Virus record (IMG/VR): IMGVR_UViG_3300037502_002391
Location: 1-64,000 of that record
Length of the DNA stretch: 64,000 nt
Source: a virus
Direction: 5' to 3' (one strand)
In this document: one piece after another, positions 8,398 through 17,906 of the stretch
Position numbering within the stretch: the first letter of the stretch is position 1
Layout: each line of letters starts with the position of its first letter
Notes under the pieces: generated by a model
Database searches by the model: none
The model's input: the letters and a program-made list of their open reading frames with translations, nothing else
What the model was told of the DNA's origin: nothing
Position numbers and translations under genes: made by a program

Positions 8398-9099
8398 TTA
8401 TTTTTTTACTAAATGATAAGCATTTTTATTCCCAGTGTCAATGAATGCCAATTCAACATCATCATATTTCTTAATTACTTTTTCATCCAAATGAGTATGA
8501 CCAACCACTTGGTTAAATCCTGGAATATAATCATTTGTCAATTCTTTCATCCCTGCCCAAAATACACCAGAGAAAGGATCAATGCCACCCCTCTCATCAC
8601 CAATGTAAAAAAGGGTCTTGCAACTAATTTCAAACAAGAAGTTTAACTTGTCTGCAATGTCATTATGCTCTTTTGCATCGCCCCAACCCAAATCCAATGC
8701 TGTCAAATAATCATTCTCTGTTGATTCAACCAACTTGTTTGTAATTCCAGCATGGGAAACAATGGTATTACCATATAGAAATGTTGCTTGGAACAAATCT
8801 TTGTATTTCTTAAACAAGTTGTTCACATCAAACATAATACTATAATCAAAACCTGTCCCCCTATAATTAGAGTTCAAATAATAATAATGAATATCATGAT
8901 TACCCAAAAGCAACTTAACCTTATCTGGATAAGTTTGTTTTAGTCTAATGATTTTCCTAAAGTTATCCAAAATCTTTTTTGATCCAATGGAATAAGAATC
9001 AAAGTAGTCCCCTACAAAGACAATATAATCCTCATCCATATGTTCATCTACAATAGACTTCCAAAAGTCCTGACCATGAATATCACCAATTACTAGCAT
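8398..9099 (-). CDS. Calcineurin-like metallophosphoesterase
   Basis: GDIHG, GDYFD, GNHD, HAG and GHTH motifs. Confidence 0.9.
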   Translation of the reverse strand: MLVIGDIHGQDFWKSIVDEHMDEDYIVFVGDYFDSYSIGSKKILDNFRKIIRLKQTYPDKVKLLLGNHDIHYYYLNSNYRGTGFDYSIMFDVNNLFKKYKDLFQATFLYGNTIVSHAGITNKLVESTENDYLTALDLGWGDAKEHNDIADKLNFLFEISCKTLFYIGDERGGIDPFSGVFWAGMKELTNDYIPGFNQVVGHTHLDEKVIKKYDDVELAFIDTGNKNAYHLVKK

Positions 9100-9170
9100 T
9101 TTTTTTGTGTTTTGTTTTGCAAAAATACAACTAATTTTGATTAAAACCTATTTATTAATAAATATTAATT

Positions 9171-9518
9171 ATGAAAATTAAAATTAATGACATCACTTTT
9201 GAGGCAAAATTGGCAATAACACGTGAAGAGAAAGAAAAAGGAATGATGAATAAGGAATTTGATGATACATTCAATGCTATGTTATTCCTTATAGATGAAT
9301 CCAGATCCTGTTTCTGGATGAAAAATTGCATTATACCTTTAGATATCATAATGATTGATAACAATGTAATTACAAAAATACATCACAATTGCCCCCCATG
9401 CACAACTGAAAGATGTAAGAGATATTGTGGTAATGGGAATATGGTGTTAGAGGTAATGGGAGGCACATGTAAAAAAGAAAACATAAATGAGGGTGATTAT
9501 CTTGATGTTATTAATTAG
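9171..9518 (+). CDS. DUF192 family protein
   Basis: KGMM...MLF...FWMKNCIIPLDII...VLEVMGG pattern. Confidence 0.85.
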   Translation: MKIKINDITFEAKLAITREEKEKGMMNKEFDDTFNAMLFLIDESRSCFWMKNCIIPLDIIMIDNNVITKIHHNCPPCTTERCKRYCGNGNMVLEVMGGTCKKENINEGDYLDVIN

Positions 9519-10954
9519 TATTTAGTAATTTCATCCTCTAATTTATTTTTAATTTTACTAGCAATATTTTTCATTAAACCTAAATATTCAGTTTCTGTTT
9601 TTTCTTTATTGCTATCATACTTAGAATATCTTGATTTTGGTTCTGTTGATTTTGGTTTTGGTTGGGGTGGTCTTTTACCTCTACCTATGAAATTTAACCC
9701 TGAAATATTTGTGATACTTGGATGCCCCCCACTATTTGCTTGAATTATATCCCAAGCATTTAATGCAACACAATCCAATTTTTGCTTCTCATCTTCTGTC
9801 AATTCACTAAATAACTTATCCATAATTGATTTCAATTCAGAATTTGTTTTTGGAGCACCAGGTTTTGTGTAATATTTATTGCCATAAGTTGCAAAGAAAT
9901 CATTAAATGTAAAGCCAACACTACCTTCCTTTGCTTTTAATTCATTAACCCACTTCATTGTTGATAGTAATATTAACTTATCCTCTAACATTGGTTTAAA
10001 TTGTTCCATAACAGTTTTTGCCAATTCTCCCAAGTGTAATGTTTTATATTTTGGATTATCTTTAAATGGATTTTTTGAAACCTGGATTAAACCCAATGGC
10101 CAATATAATATTAAAAAGTTTGCATCTGGATTGTTCTTAAATGCAACATATCTATCATAGGATCCTGTTCCAGTTAATTTGCCCATTCCATATTGATAAA
10201 TGATTCCATCCTCATATTTAACATTTGGACTGTCCTTCATTGATTCAATATATTTCTCTGCATTGAGTTGCAAATCTTCTGGCAATTCATCTGTATTGTT
10301 TTTCATCCATTTCTTAATACTATTTAATATTGAGAATATAGAAGGACTTGAATTCATAACCAAATACTCCAAAAATCCAGTTTTATTCTTAAATGCCAAT
10401 AATAGTTTGTTTGCAACAAGGCCCAATAGTAATTTATTTTCCCTCATTGATTTGGACTTATCATACTTATATAAGTAATTAATAACATCATCTGTTGTTA
10501 ATCCTTGCCTAATAAAATCAGCAGAGTCAACAGTATTAATTATCAAAATATCTGTGTCACTAAATATATCACTTTTTGAAATAACTTGTGAAATAGTTTC
10601 AGCATTTGACCTTGCTTTTTTAAATTGTCCTGATGTATTTTTTGTTACACCAATCTGGCTATCATGATGATCTGTATGTATCTTGAACATAGGTTTTCCA
10701 TGTGCAAAATCAACTAAAACAGGCATAGTATCACCTAATGCATCATTCTTTTTAACAGCAAATTCCATTTCACCATATTGAATTACATGTGTATCAACAA
10801 CTTCAATACCATTATCCTCCAAGTATTTTTTCATAGCTAATGCTGTAGTTACACCATCCAAATCTTGATGAAAATATATTTCAGCTTTTGGGTATCTTTT
10901 TGCTAGTGCTTTTATTTCCCTAATACCAGTTTCAAGTATTATTTTCTTTTTCAA
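9515..10954 (-). CDS. DHH-superfamily phosphoesterase
   Basis: HQDLDG, VDF, TDHHD and C-terminal GGH motifs. Confidence 0.75.
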   Translation of the reverse strand: MKKKIILETGIREIKALAKRYPKAEIYFHQDLDGVTTALAMKKYLEDNGIEVVDTHVIQYGEMEFAVKKNDALGDTMPVLVDFAHGKPMFKIHTDHHDSQIGVTKNTSGQFKKARSNAETISQVISKSDIFSDTDILIINTVDSADFIRQGLTTDDVINYLYKYDKSKSMRENKLLLGLVANKLLLAFKNKTGFLEYLVMNSSPSIFSILNSIKKWMKNNTDELPEDLQLNAEKYIESMKDSPNVKYEDGIIYQYGMGKLTGTGSYDRYVAFKNNPDANFLILYWPLGLIQVSKNPFKDNPKYKTLHLGELAKTVMEQFKPMLEDKLILLSTMKWVNELKAKEGSVGFTFNDFFATYGNKYYTKPGAPKTNSELKSIMDKLFSELTEDEKQKLDCVALNAWDIIQANSGGHPSITNISGLNFIGRGKRPPQPKPKSTEPKSRYSKYDSNKEKTETEYLGLMKNIASKIKNKLEDEITKY

Positions 10955-10955
10955 T

Positions 10956-11324
10956 CTAATTAAGTGTTAATAAATATTTTAGTTTATTGACTTCTGCCAT
11001 AATTTCATCTCTAATATTTAACAAATCACTATCTTCACCTTCTATTAATTTTTCTGATAAACTCATCAAAAATTCTGTAAAATTATCAAGATATTCTTGC
11101 ATTGAGAATGAACTCATATCTTTAAATTCTAATGTAAAATCCCCCCCAAACTCAGGGCGACCATGTTTACCCATACAAACCTCAACATACTTGTCAATCA
11201 AATCATCTAGGTTTTCATAAAAAGCACCATAAGCCTGGTGTTTTGCATATGACTTTGTTTGCCAATGCAAGAACCTAAATTGTGTTTGTGTGCTAACAAG
11301 TTCTAATATAATCTCTTCATTCAT
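10956..11324 (-). CDS. Ferritin/Dps-like four-helix protein (DUF5856-like)
   Basis: HWQTKSYAKHQAYGAFYENLDDLIDKYVE...LNIRDEI...KLKYLLTL. Confidence 0.8.
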   Translation of the reverse strand: MNEEIILELVSTQTQFRFLHWQTKSYAKHQAYGAFYENLDDLIDKYVEVCMGKHGRPEFGGDFTLEFKDMSSFSMQEYLDNFTEFLMSLSEKLIEGEDSDLLNIRDEIMAEVNKLKYLLTLN

Positions 11325-11339
11325 ATTACTATTTTAATA

Positions 11340-11582
11340 TTAAATACTTGTTCCTGACAATTTATTTATCTTAAACTCAAGATATTCTATTGCTTTTTTT
11401 AAATCTTCAATTTCCTTGTCTGGATTTTTCCTGCCGGATCTTGCAACATATTTAACAACATTAAATAAATATGCATCTTTATCCAAGCCCCAAGCCTCAC
11501 ATACTTTATAAACCTCATATGTGTCATCTTCCCCAAATTTGTAATGGTCAGGGTGCGAAACCATTTCTTTATTTGTTATCAT
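11340..11582 (-). CDS. DUF3310 family protein
   Basis: VSHPDHY...NVVKYVARSGRK...EDLKKAIEYL. Confidence 0.85.
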   Translation of the reverse strand: MITNKEMVSHPDHYKFGEDDTYEVYKVCEAWGLDKDAYLFNVVKYVARSGRKNPDKEIEDLKKAIEYLEFKINKLSGTSI

Positions 11583-12301
11583 AGTCTATCAATATTTTTA
11601 AAAATTATTTTACGTTTTGCAATAGGTAATATAGTTTCTCTTACTGGAAACTCTTGTGTTGTTGTAATTTCATATACTTGTTTTGTTATATCACATTGAT
11701 TTTCTTTAAGTTTTTCAAAAACTTTAATAATTGAAATCTTATTATCATAACCCCCACAATAAATCTCAATAAATTTACTATTACTATCATACTTACCATA
11801 ATTCAAAATTATATCAAATGAATAAATATATAATAATTTTTTTGATTTGTCAAAAAAATAAAAATAACCAGATGAACTTGGTGCCGTTTTATTCTTTTTT
11901 AATTTAACATCAATATTATCAAATGCCAAAGTCCAAATTGATTTAGCAAAATTGAATAAATCAAGCAATTTTGGATAGGTAAAATTAATTGTTCTACTAA
12001 CCTCACTCTTATCTTTATTCACCAATTCTGGTATATTATCATATTTAAAATCTTCAATTCCAATCTCATCATCATATTCATTTAATTGTCTAGTTAATGA
12101 AATTGTCTTATTATCTTTACCTATTGATGCAATATTGATTAAATTTATTGTTATATCATGTAAGTCTGGATAGATTTTTAAATCATTTAACCTACTCTCT
12201 GAACTCTTTATGTAGTTCAAAGCCACATATTTATTATACTCAAAATCAATAGGATGGCGGAATAACCACTCCGGATTAAGTTTAACATTTGTCATCATCA
12301 T
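11579..12301 (-). CDS. Hypothetical protein
   Basis: 240-aa ORF overlapping the next gene by 4 nt. Confidence 0.75.
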   Translation of the reverse strand: MMMTNVKLNPEWLFRHPIDFEYNKYVALNYIKSSESRLNDLKIYPDLHDITINLINIASIGKDNKTISLTRQLNEYDDEIGIEDFKYDNIPELVNKDKSEVSRTINFTYPKLLDLFNFAKSIWTLAFDNIDVKLKKNKTAPSSSGYFYFFDKSKKLLYIYSFDIILNYGKYDSNSKFIEIYCGGYDNKISIIKVFEKLKENQCDITKQVYEITTTQEFPVRETILPIAKRKIIFKNIDRL

Positions 12302-12386
12302 CTTCTTCTTTTCTAAAAAAACAAAATTAAAATATCCTTTATTATATTTTATAAATATCTATATATTTATATATAAATATAAAATT

Positions 12387-12527
12387 ATGGGATGTGGTTG
12401 TAAATCTAAAACAAATGAAAGTGCACAATCTTCTACATCTTCTTCTTCACAAGTCCAAGAAAATTTGAAGGATAAGATAAAAAAGACAGTTGAAAAATAC
12501 TATACAGCACAGAAAACAAAAGGGTAA
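12387..12527 (+). CDS. Small MGCGCK-type protein (46 aa)
   Basis: Not in track: MGCGCKSKTNESAQSSTSSSSQVQENLKDKIKKTVEKYYTAQKTKG; TATTTATA upstream (12364) and a terminator downstream. Confidence 0.7.
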   Translation: MGCGCKSKTNESAQSSTSSSSQVQENLKDKIKKTVEKYYTAQKTKG

Positions 12528-12534
12528 ATTGCAG

Positions 12535-12565
12535 AAAAAGGGGTTAATTGCCCCTTTTTTTTTTA
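12535..12565 (+). terminator. Intrinsic terminator
   Basis: AAAAAGGGG-TTAATTG-CCCCTTTTT followed by a long T run. Confidence 0.75.
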
Positions 12566-12609
12566 TTTATAATGCAAAATATTATTTATATGTTTAACAA
12601 AAAAATAAT

Positions 12610-13296
12610 ATGAACATTAAAAAGAAAACTATAATTTGCAATTTATTTTCTGATTTCATCCTTGAAAAAATTGGTCTCAATACCAATACAATAATCCAGG
12701 TTACAGACTGCTCAAATTTCTATACAATAAATGGAGATAGTGATAGTCTATCAATTCTAAACATAAATGAAACTGTTGATGAATTTAATTCAAAGTTCCA
12801 AATATTCCTAAATGATGATAAAATATTAAGAACAATAGATTTAATTAACTATGGTGCAAAACTAACCCCCACTCAAAAACTAAAATATAAATTCTATAAC
12901 ACAGAAAATTGCTTGTATCCAAAAGATGAAATAAATGACACCATAAAATCCTATATAACCACATCTACATTCCCCCACGGCTATTCTTTCCATCAAGGTA
13001 GGAGTTTACTATACAAACTTAAAAACATTGCTTATAATGTCTTTAAATTGGGTTACATCAAATGGGTTGATATTGAGATGAATTGTAATGAGTCTGAAGA
13101 TGACATTATTAACATAACCCACAATCTTTCCCCATTAAAACACGACTTCATTAAATCAGCAATACTAGATGTATTTGATATTCAATCAATTAGTGATATG
13201 GGTATTAATAAATATGATATATTTAATGAATCACTAAAAATTGCAAGGGAATCCCCAAAAATCAAAAAACTACATAAAGACTTTATTGTGATGTGA
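12610..13296 (+). CDS. Hypothetical protein, possibly a degenerate MetK (SAM synthetase)-fold protein
   Basis: ICNLFSDFILEKI and GRSLLYKLKNIAYNVFKLG resemble MetK helices; catalytic motifs are absent. Confidence 0.45.
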   Translation: MNIKKKTIICNLFSDFILEKIGLNTNTIIQVTDCSNFYTINGDSDSLSILNINETVDEFNSKFQIFLNDDKILRTIDLINYGAKLTPTQKLKYKFYNTENCLYPKDEINDTIKSYITTSTFPHGYSFHQGRSLLYKLKNIAYNVFKLGYIKWVDIEMNCNESEDDIINITHNLSPLKHDFIKSAILDVFDIQSISDMGINKYDIFNESLKIARESPKIKKLHKDFIVM

Positions 13297-13301
13297 TTAA
13301 A

Positions 13302-13324
13302 ATGGGGGATTCAATATCCCCCAT
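13302..13324. terminator. Bidirectional terminator hairpin
   Basis: ATGGGGGAT-TCAAT-ATCCCCCAT between convergent genes. Confidence 0.75.
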
Positions 13325-13329
13325 CTTTA

Positions 13330-13614
13330 TTATAATATTGCTTTTTTTACCAAATCCAAAGCCTCAAAGATTGTTTCATATTCTTTTGTTGGTGCAAAAA
13401 AATGTGTTTTCTCATTTGCAGAATTTACATCTGTAATTAACATAACTGATGGTACAAATTCAGTATTAGTTATCTTACTATACATATCATACTCTTTATC
13501 ATATTTATCAATATCTCGATCATGGTAAGGAATATTCTCCTCATCTAGTAATTTCTTAAACTCTGTACAATGAGAACACCCTTCCATTGTGTAAATAACT
13601 AATTCATAATTCAT
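13330..13614 (-). CDS. Glutaredoxin/thioredoxin-like protein
   Basis: YTMEGCSHC and FVP cis-Pro motif. Confidence 0.85.
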   Translation of the reverse strand: MNYELVIYTMEGCSHCTEFKKLLDEENIPYHDRDIDKYDKEYDMYSKITNTEFVPSVMLITDVNSANEKTHFFAPTKEYETIFEALDLVKKAIL

Positions 13615-13617
13615 AAT

Positions 13618-13902
13618 TCATAACTTTTTATTTAAACTATTTATGTAAAATTTTACCTCATCTAATTGTGAAGGTTTGAAGTATATTGTTACAGTATATT
13701 TGTCCTCAACATAATTCACTAAATGAATTATAAATCCATTTTTTGCTAAATAAATAATTTCTGCTGGATTATCTATTAGTTTTTCAATTGCACTTACATA
13801 CAATATCTCACCATTAAAACTATCTCTCTTGTGAACATTACTTAATGCCACTTGGGATAAGTCATATGCCAACTTTTCTGTGAATTTTTTTATTCTATCC
13901 AT
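13618..13902 (-). CDS. Hypothetical protein
   Basis: 94-aa ORF in operon. Confidence 0.7.
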   Translation of the reverse strand: MDRIKKFTEKLAYDLSQVALSNVHKRDSFNGEILYVSAIEKLIDNPAEIIYLAKNGFIIHLVNYVEDKYTVTIYFKPSQLDEVKFYINSLNKKL

Positions 13903-13924
13903 AATTATTTTTTTAAATTAAAAA

Positions 13925-13953
13925 TCCCCCCACCTCAATCAAGAAGTGGGGGT
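13925..13953 (-). terminator. Intrinsic terminator-like hairpin
   Basis: CCCCCAC...GTGGGGG stem followed by a T run on the minus strand, after the DUF932 gene. Confidence 0.65.
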
Positions 13954-13960
13954 TTTATAG

Positions 13961-14713
13961 TTACACCACTAAATACTCTTCAGCAATTTCCCATAACTGG
14001 GTGTTTAACTTATTGTCATTGATGAAGTTGACAATTGGTTTTGACCTTCTATTGGTGTTCTGGAACTTAACTCCACCTTTGATTATCTTCTCTTGAACCA
14101 CATTGAAGATTGTCCAGAGGTCATTTGATTTATCTTCCTCCCTATAAGGTCTTAGTACATCCTCTAAAACCACATTGTTTGCAGCCTTGTCAAAACGAAT
14201 ATCAATGGCTCTTTGTGTAAATTCCTCAATCTCCCTCTGACCCAATTCCCTCTCTTGCATTTCACCCATTCTATTGAAGATTGTTGGGATTTTTGAAAAG
14301 AAATCATTAGTCATCACTTGTGTGAAATCTGTACTTAAATCCACATGCTTCATAGATATGCTATTAGCTACTGATGTTGGAACAACCAATCCATTTGAAC
14401 AAACTAGCCTATAAATCCCCATTGAAATGTCCATTTTGGATGTCCCATTGTGGGAATTGTTGAACATAATTTGTGGAAGAACATCGCCCACATTATGAAA
14501 ATCATTGTGTCTTAAAATGACTTGGTGTGCAGAGTATTGAGAGTCCCCAACTTGTTTTGCAGAGTTTATCTGCCAACCACTATCAACCAATTTCTCCAAG
14601 ATTGCTCTTGAATTGGCAAAATTATACCTATTAGACATTTTAGGATCTGGACCTTCTGCAAAGATGGCTGGAACTGATGTCTTTAATGCTGCAAGATTTA
14701 GTGATGTGTTCAT
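13961..14713 (-). CDS. DUF932/DUF945 family protein
   Basis: NSHNGTS, GIYRLVCSNGLV and DLWTIFNVVQE motifs. Confidence 0.85.
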   Translation of the reverse strand: MNTSLNLAALKTSVPAIFAEGPDPKMSNRYNFANSRAILEKLVDSGWQINSAKQVGDSQYSAHQVILRHNDFHNVGDVLPQIMFNNSHNGTSKMDISMGIYRLVCSNGLVVPTSVANSISMKHVDLSTDFTQVMTNDFFSKIPTIFNRMGEMQERELGQREIEEFTQRAIDIRFDKAANNVVLEDVLRPYREEDKSNDLWTIFNVVQEKIIKGGVKFQNTNRRSKPIVNFINDNKLNTQLWEIAEEYLVV

Positions 14714-14721
14714 ATTTTTTG

Positions 14722-14801
14722 TTTTTTTCTTTTTGATTAATTTGATGTTGCAAAGATATACTGCTCCAATTTAATTTCCAAATCTAATTCAAATTTATTT
14801 T
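14722..14801. repeat. About 80-bp direct repeat, copy 1 (contains promoter)
   Basis: Near-identical to 15090-15169 (one mismatch). Confidence 0.9.
14751..14782 (-). promoter_or_regulatory. Bacteroidota primary-sigma promoter
   Basis: TTTG-N20-TATCTTTG. Confidence 0.85.
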
Positions 14802-14899
14802 AAACTTATTTTATGTAAAAAAATTTCATATTTAATTGAGTTTCTCAACATTTCAAATGTTTTTGATTTTCTCTTTTCACCTTGTTTTTTTCTTTTTGA

Positions 14900-15088
14900 T
14901 TAATCTACTTTAACTAAGCGTCCATCATCAATTTTAAGTTTTCCTTCATCAAATCCTTTATTTATCTCATTGCAAAATTTTGTACTTGTCTTTTCTCCTT
15001 TTAAGTAAAAAGCAACGGGTGTTTTTGGAATCCAACATAGCCAATCGCCAGTTAGTGGGTTCTTCTTTTTCAACATTATTTCTTTCAT
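14900..15088 (-). CDS. Small hypothetical protein
   Basis: Start moved to the ATG at 15088 (MKEIMLKK), behind the duplicated promoter. Confidence 0.65.
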   Translation of the reverse strand: MKEIMLKKKNPLTGDWLCWIPKTPVAFYLKGEKTSTKFCNEINKGFDEGKLKIDDGRLVKVD

Positions 15089-15089
15089 A

Positions 15090-15169
15090 TTTTTTTCTTT
15101 TTGGTTAATTTGATGTTGCAAAGATATACTGCTCCAATTTAATTTCCAAATCTAATTCAAATTTATTTT
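15090..15169. repeat. About 80-bp direct repeat, copy 2 (promoter at 15119-15150 plus the 3' end of the upstream gene)
   Basis: TTAATTTGATGTTGCAAAGATATACTGCTCCAATTTAATTTCCAAATCTAATTCAAATTTATTTT is shared with copy 1. Confidence 0.9.
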
Positions 15170-15427
15170 TCCAAAAGGCCCATCAAAATATTTGACACTA
15201 GAATAAGGTTCATGCCCCTTATTAACCAAAACACAAATATCAATAATTTGTTGCTTGGTTAAGACATAATCTTCACCCCTATCAAAATTAAAATAACTAG
15301 ATTTACGCAACTTATCAAAAAATAATTGTTTTTTGTCCAACTTAACCAATTTCTTTAACTCATGTTGATTCTTCTCAAAAAAAGAAATAATTTCAGATAA
15401 ATAAATCTCAACATTAACATTTGTCAT
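15152..15427 (-). CDS. Hypothetical protein
   Basis: 91-aa ORF. Confidence 0.7.
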   Translation of the reverse strand: MTNVNVEIYLSEIISFFEKNQHELKKLVKLDKKQLFFDKLRKSSYFNFDRGEDYVLTKQQIIDICVLVNKGHEPYSSVKYFDGPFGKINLN

Positions 15428-15482
15428 ATAACCAATTTTAAATTCACAAATTTATAAATATATATATTATTAAAAGAAAAAA

Positions 15483-15626
15483 ATGTTAAATCTAAAAAAA
15501 TGTAATAACTGTAAATCAAAGAAAATGTCATATGAAACACCAATAACCATCATAAGTTTATACTTATTGGGTTCTGGAATATATGTAGCCATTTTGTTAG
15601 TAAAATACCTTACTTCCTTAATTTAA
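15483..15626 (+). CDS. Small CxxC + single-TM protein (47 aa)
   Basis: Not in track: MLNLKKCNNCKSKKMSYETPITIISLYLLGSGIYVAILLVKYLTSLI. Confidence 0.55.
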   Translation: MLNLKKCNNCKSKKMSYETPITIISLYLLGSGIYVAILLVKYLTSLI

Positions 15627-16509
15627 ACTTAACTTCTAATTTAACATAAAAATCACCCCCAGGATAACCTTTATCTCTTATCCTTAATGGTTTACTTGTG
15701 TCAAACACATCAGATGCTTTTATTGATAAATCTCCATTAGGATGTGGAACAATATACTTTTCTGCACATATTTCCTCATTGGTTAAATAATGAGTATAAA
15801 CCAAATCATTCCCCATCTTTGAAAATCCATCACTTGGTTCAACATTGATTCTTAAAACTAAATCCCCAAAATCATATTTGTCAAAATCCCCTAACTTGTG
15901 CATTTTCAAGAATTGCCCATTATCTGCTGTTTTTGGAATCTCTATGGTAACTTTATTCATTTCACTTTTAACACCAATACCATTGCACTTATAACACTTA
16001 TCTATAATTATTTGACCAAATCCAGCACAACTAGGACAAGCAGTCTGTACTTGTTGGACAAAGAAGCCTGATCCAAACCTATTTATTATGAATCCAGAAC
16101 CATTACAAGTGTCACAATTCCTCTTATTCCCACCTGTCCCTCTACACCCATCACAAGGAATATTCCTATCATACACAATATCTTTTACCATACCTTTATA
16201 TACTTCAGTTGGGGTTAATTTCAAATTTAATACTTTATCTACTACCTTTGGTTTTCTATTTGATTGATTGAAGAAACTAGCAAACAAGTCATCCATATTA
16301 GGCCCGCCTTGTCTCTGCATATCATATTGTTTCCTCTTATTTGAGTCTGATAAAACTTCATAAGCCTCACTAATATCTTTGAACATATCACCACCACTTG
16401 GATTAATATCTGGATGGTATTTTTTGGATAATTCTCTATATTTTTTTTTTAATAAATCTTCTGTGAAATTCTCTTCAATTTCTAAAATTTTGTAATAATC
16501 TTTTAACAT
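15610..16509 (-). CDS. dnaJ: DnaJ-type co-chaperone
   Basis: J domain with HPD, four CxxCxGxG repeats, C-terminal DnaJ domain. Confidence 0.95.
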   Translation of the reverse strand: MLKDYYKILEIEENFTEDLLKKKYRELSKKYHPDINPSGGDMFKDISEAYEVLSDSNKRKQYDMQRQGGPNMDDLFASFFNQSNRKPKVVDKVLNLKLTPTEVYKGMVKDIVYDRNIPCDGCRGTGGNKRNCDTCNGSGFIINRFGSGFFVQQVQTACPSCAGFGQIIIDKCYKCNGIGVKSEMNKVTIEIPKTADNGQFLKMHKLGDFDKYDFGDLVLRINVEPSDGFSKMGNDLVYTHYLTNEEICAEKYIVPHPNGDLSIKASDVFDTSKPLRIRDKGYPGGDFYVKLEVKFKLRK

Positions 16510-16510
16510 T

Positions 16511-17167
16511 ATGAATTATTTTATTGTACTATTTAAAGATAAACAAAAAAAAAGAATTATCAAGAAATTCATCACAAAGAGAAATGCTCTTTTGGCTTAT
16601 AATAAAATGATGGAAAAATCAGATAATGTTTTTTTTGATAGGAAAGTTCAAAAGGCTAAAGAATGTAATTTTGAATTAGGATTAGTATCTACACTAAATG
16701 AATCTGATATACCTATGTATCTAAAAGATGATTTGGGAAGGAATCAAAGAGTTTATATCAATAATGATAGCAATATGAGTTTTGTTGCCATAAATAGATA
16801 TAAAGTTGAGGAAAAAATATTTGACATACAGCAAAATAAAAAAATATCATTAATAGAATTAGATAATAACTATTTATCTATAACTGGATTTAAAGTTGTT
16901 TGTGTTTTGAATCATAAAATTGTTGTGCAAAATGACACAAAGTTTGATTTGTTTACTCTAAAAGATGAGAATGAGGCTTTAAGATTTTTAGATTGTTTAA
17001 CAAACTATCTAAACCACACAAACAATTTATCCTGTATGATTTTAAAAAGTACAACCTTAACACAAAAGAAATACTTATATGAATTATTAGAAGAATATGG
17101 ATTTGATAAGGCTATGCTATATAGAAGAGTAACTACTCAGCCCCTTCAGAAACAAAATAAAACTTAG
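16511..17167 (+). CDS. Hypothetical protein
   Basis: 218-aa ORF divergent from dnaJ. Confidence 0.7.
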   Translation: MNYFIVLFKDKQKKRIIKKFITKRNALLAYNKMMEKSDNVFFDRKVQKAKECNFELGLVSTLNESDIPMYLKDDLGRNQRVYINNDSNMSFVAINRYKVEEKIFDIQQNKKISLIELDNNYLSITGFKVVCVLNHKIVVQNDTKFDLFTLKDENEALRFLDCLTNYLNHTNNLSCMILKSTTLTQKKYLYELLEEYGFDKAMLYRRVTTQPLQKQNKT

Positions 17168-17342
17168 TTCCAGATATATCAACACTAAATCTATCAGTCT
17201 CATTACCTAGATTTTCATTTAATTTTTTACTAAATTCACCAAATGTTTTCTTATCCAATTCAAAAGCAACAATTATTTTTGAGTTAGGTGCAAATTGTTC
17301 TAATGCTTCTGTAATTAATGCTAATTGTTCTATTTGCCCCAT
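17133..17342 (-). CDS. Hypothetical protein
   Basis: 69-aa ORF, last of an overlapping minus-strand run. Confidence 0.65.
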   Translation of the reverse strand: MGQIEQLALITEALEQFAPNSKIIVAFELDKKTFGEFSKKLNENLGNETDRFSVDISGTKFYFVSEGAE

Positions 17343-17521
17343 AATATAATCTTTAATTTATCAAAAAAATTTAAATTAGTTTTTTCTTTTTTGAAAAGAT
17401 CTTCTTTTTTAATTTTTTTCAAATCATTTATGAACTTTAATTTTTCATTATCCAAAATTATCTTGTTCTTATTTCTTTCTTCCTCTACTAGTTTCAAGAA
17501 CTTTGTTTTCTCCATCTTCAA
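17330..17521 (-). CDS. Hypothetical protein
   Basis: 63-aa basic ORF. Confidence 0.6.
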   Translation of the reverse strand: MKMEKTKFLKLVEEERNKNKIILDNEKLKFINDLKKIKKEDLFKKEKTNLNFFDKLKIILWGK

Positions 17522-17906
17522 TATTTTTAGGATTATTTTTTGGCATTAAAAATTCAAGGTTATTCAAATCATCTAATTTATTTTTATTGAAAAGTTCTTT
17601 TAATATATCAATATTTTTATTAAGTAAAATACTTTTTTGTTCAATTTCAAGATTATCTTTAATAACTTTAAATATTTTTGCTAAACCTTCATCAAATGAT
17701 AATTCATTATTTTGAAAAACAAAAGTAATTCCAGTTTTATTTATTTCATTTTTTATACCAAAAGTAACAACAAATTTATCTGTTAAATAAGATTGTGGTA
17801 TTAACCAACTCTTTGGTAAAATTAAATCAATAAATACAAAATCATCTGCAAGTCTAATTGAAGATAAGTATGTTCCAAATTCTTTTAAATTGTTGTACAA
17901 TTTCAT
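17469..17906 (-). CDS. Hypothetical protein
   Basis: 145-aa ORF. Confidence 0.7.
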   Translation of the reverse strand: MKLYNNLKEFGTYLSSIRLADDFVFIDLILPKSWLIPQSYLTDKFVVTFGIKNEINKTGITFVFQNNELSFDEGLAKIFKVIKDNLEIEQKSILLNKNIDILKELFNKNKLDDLNNLEFLMPKNNPKNIEDGENKVLETSRGRKK

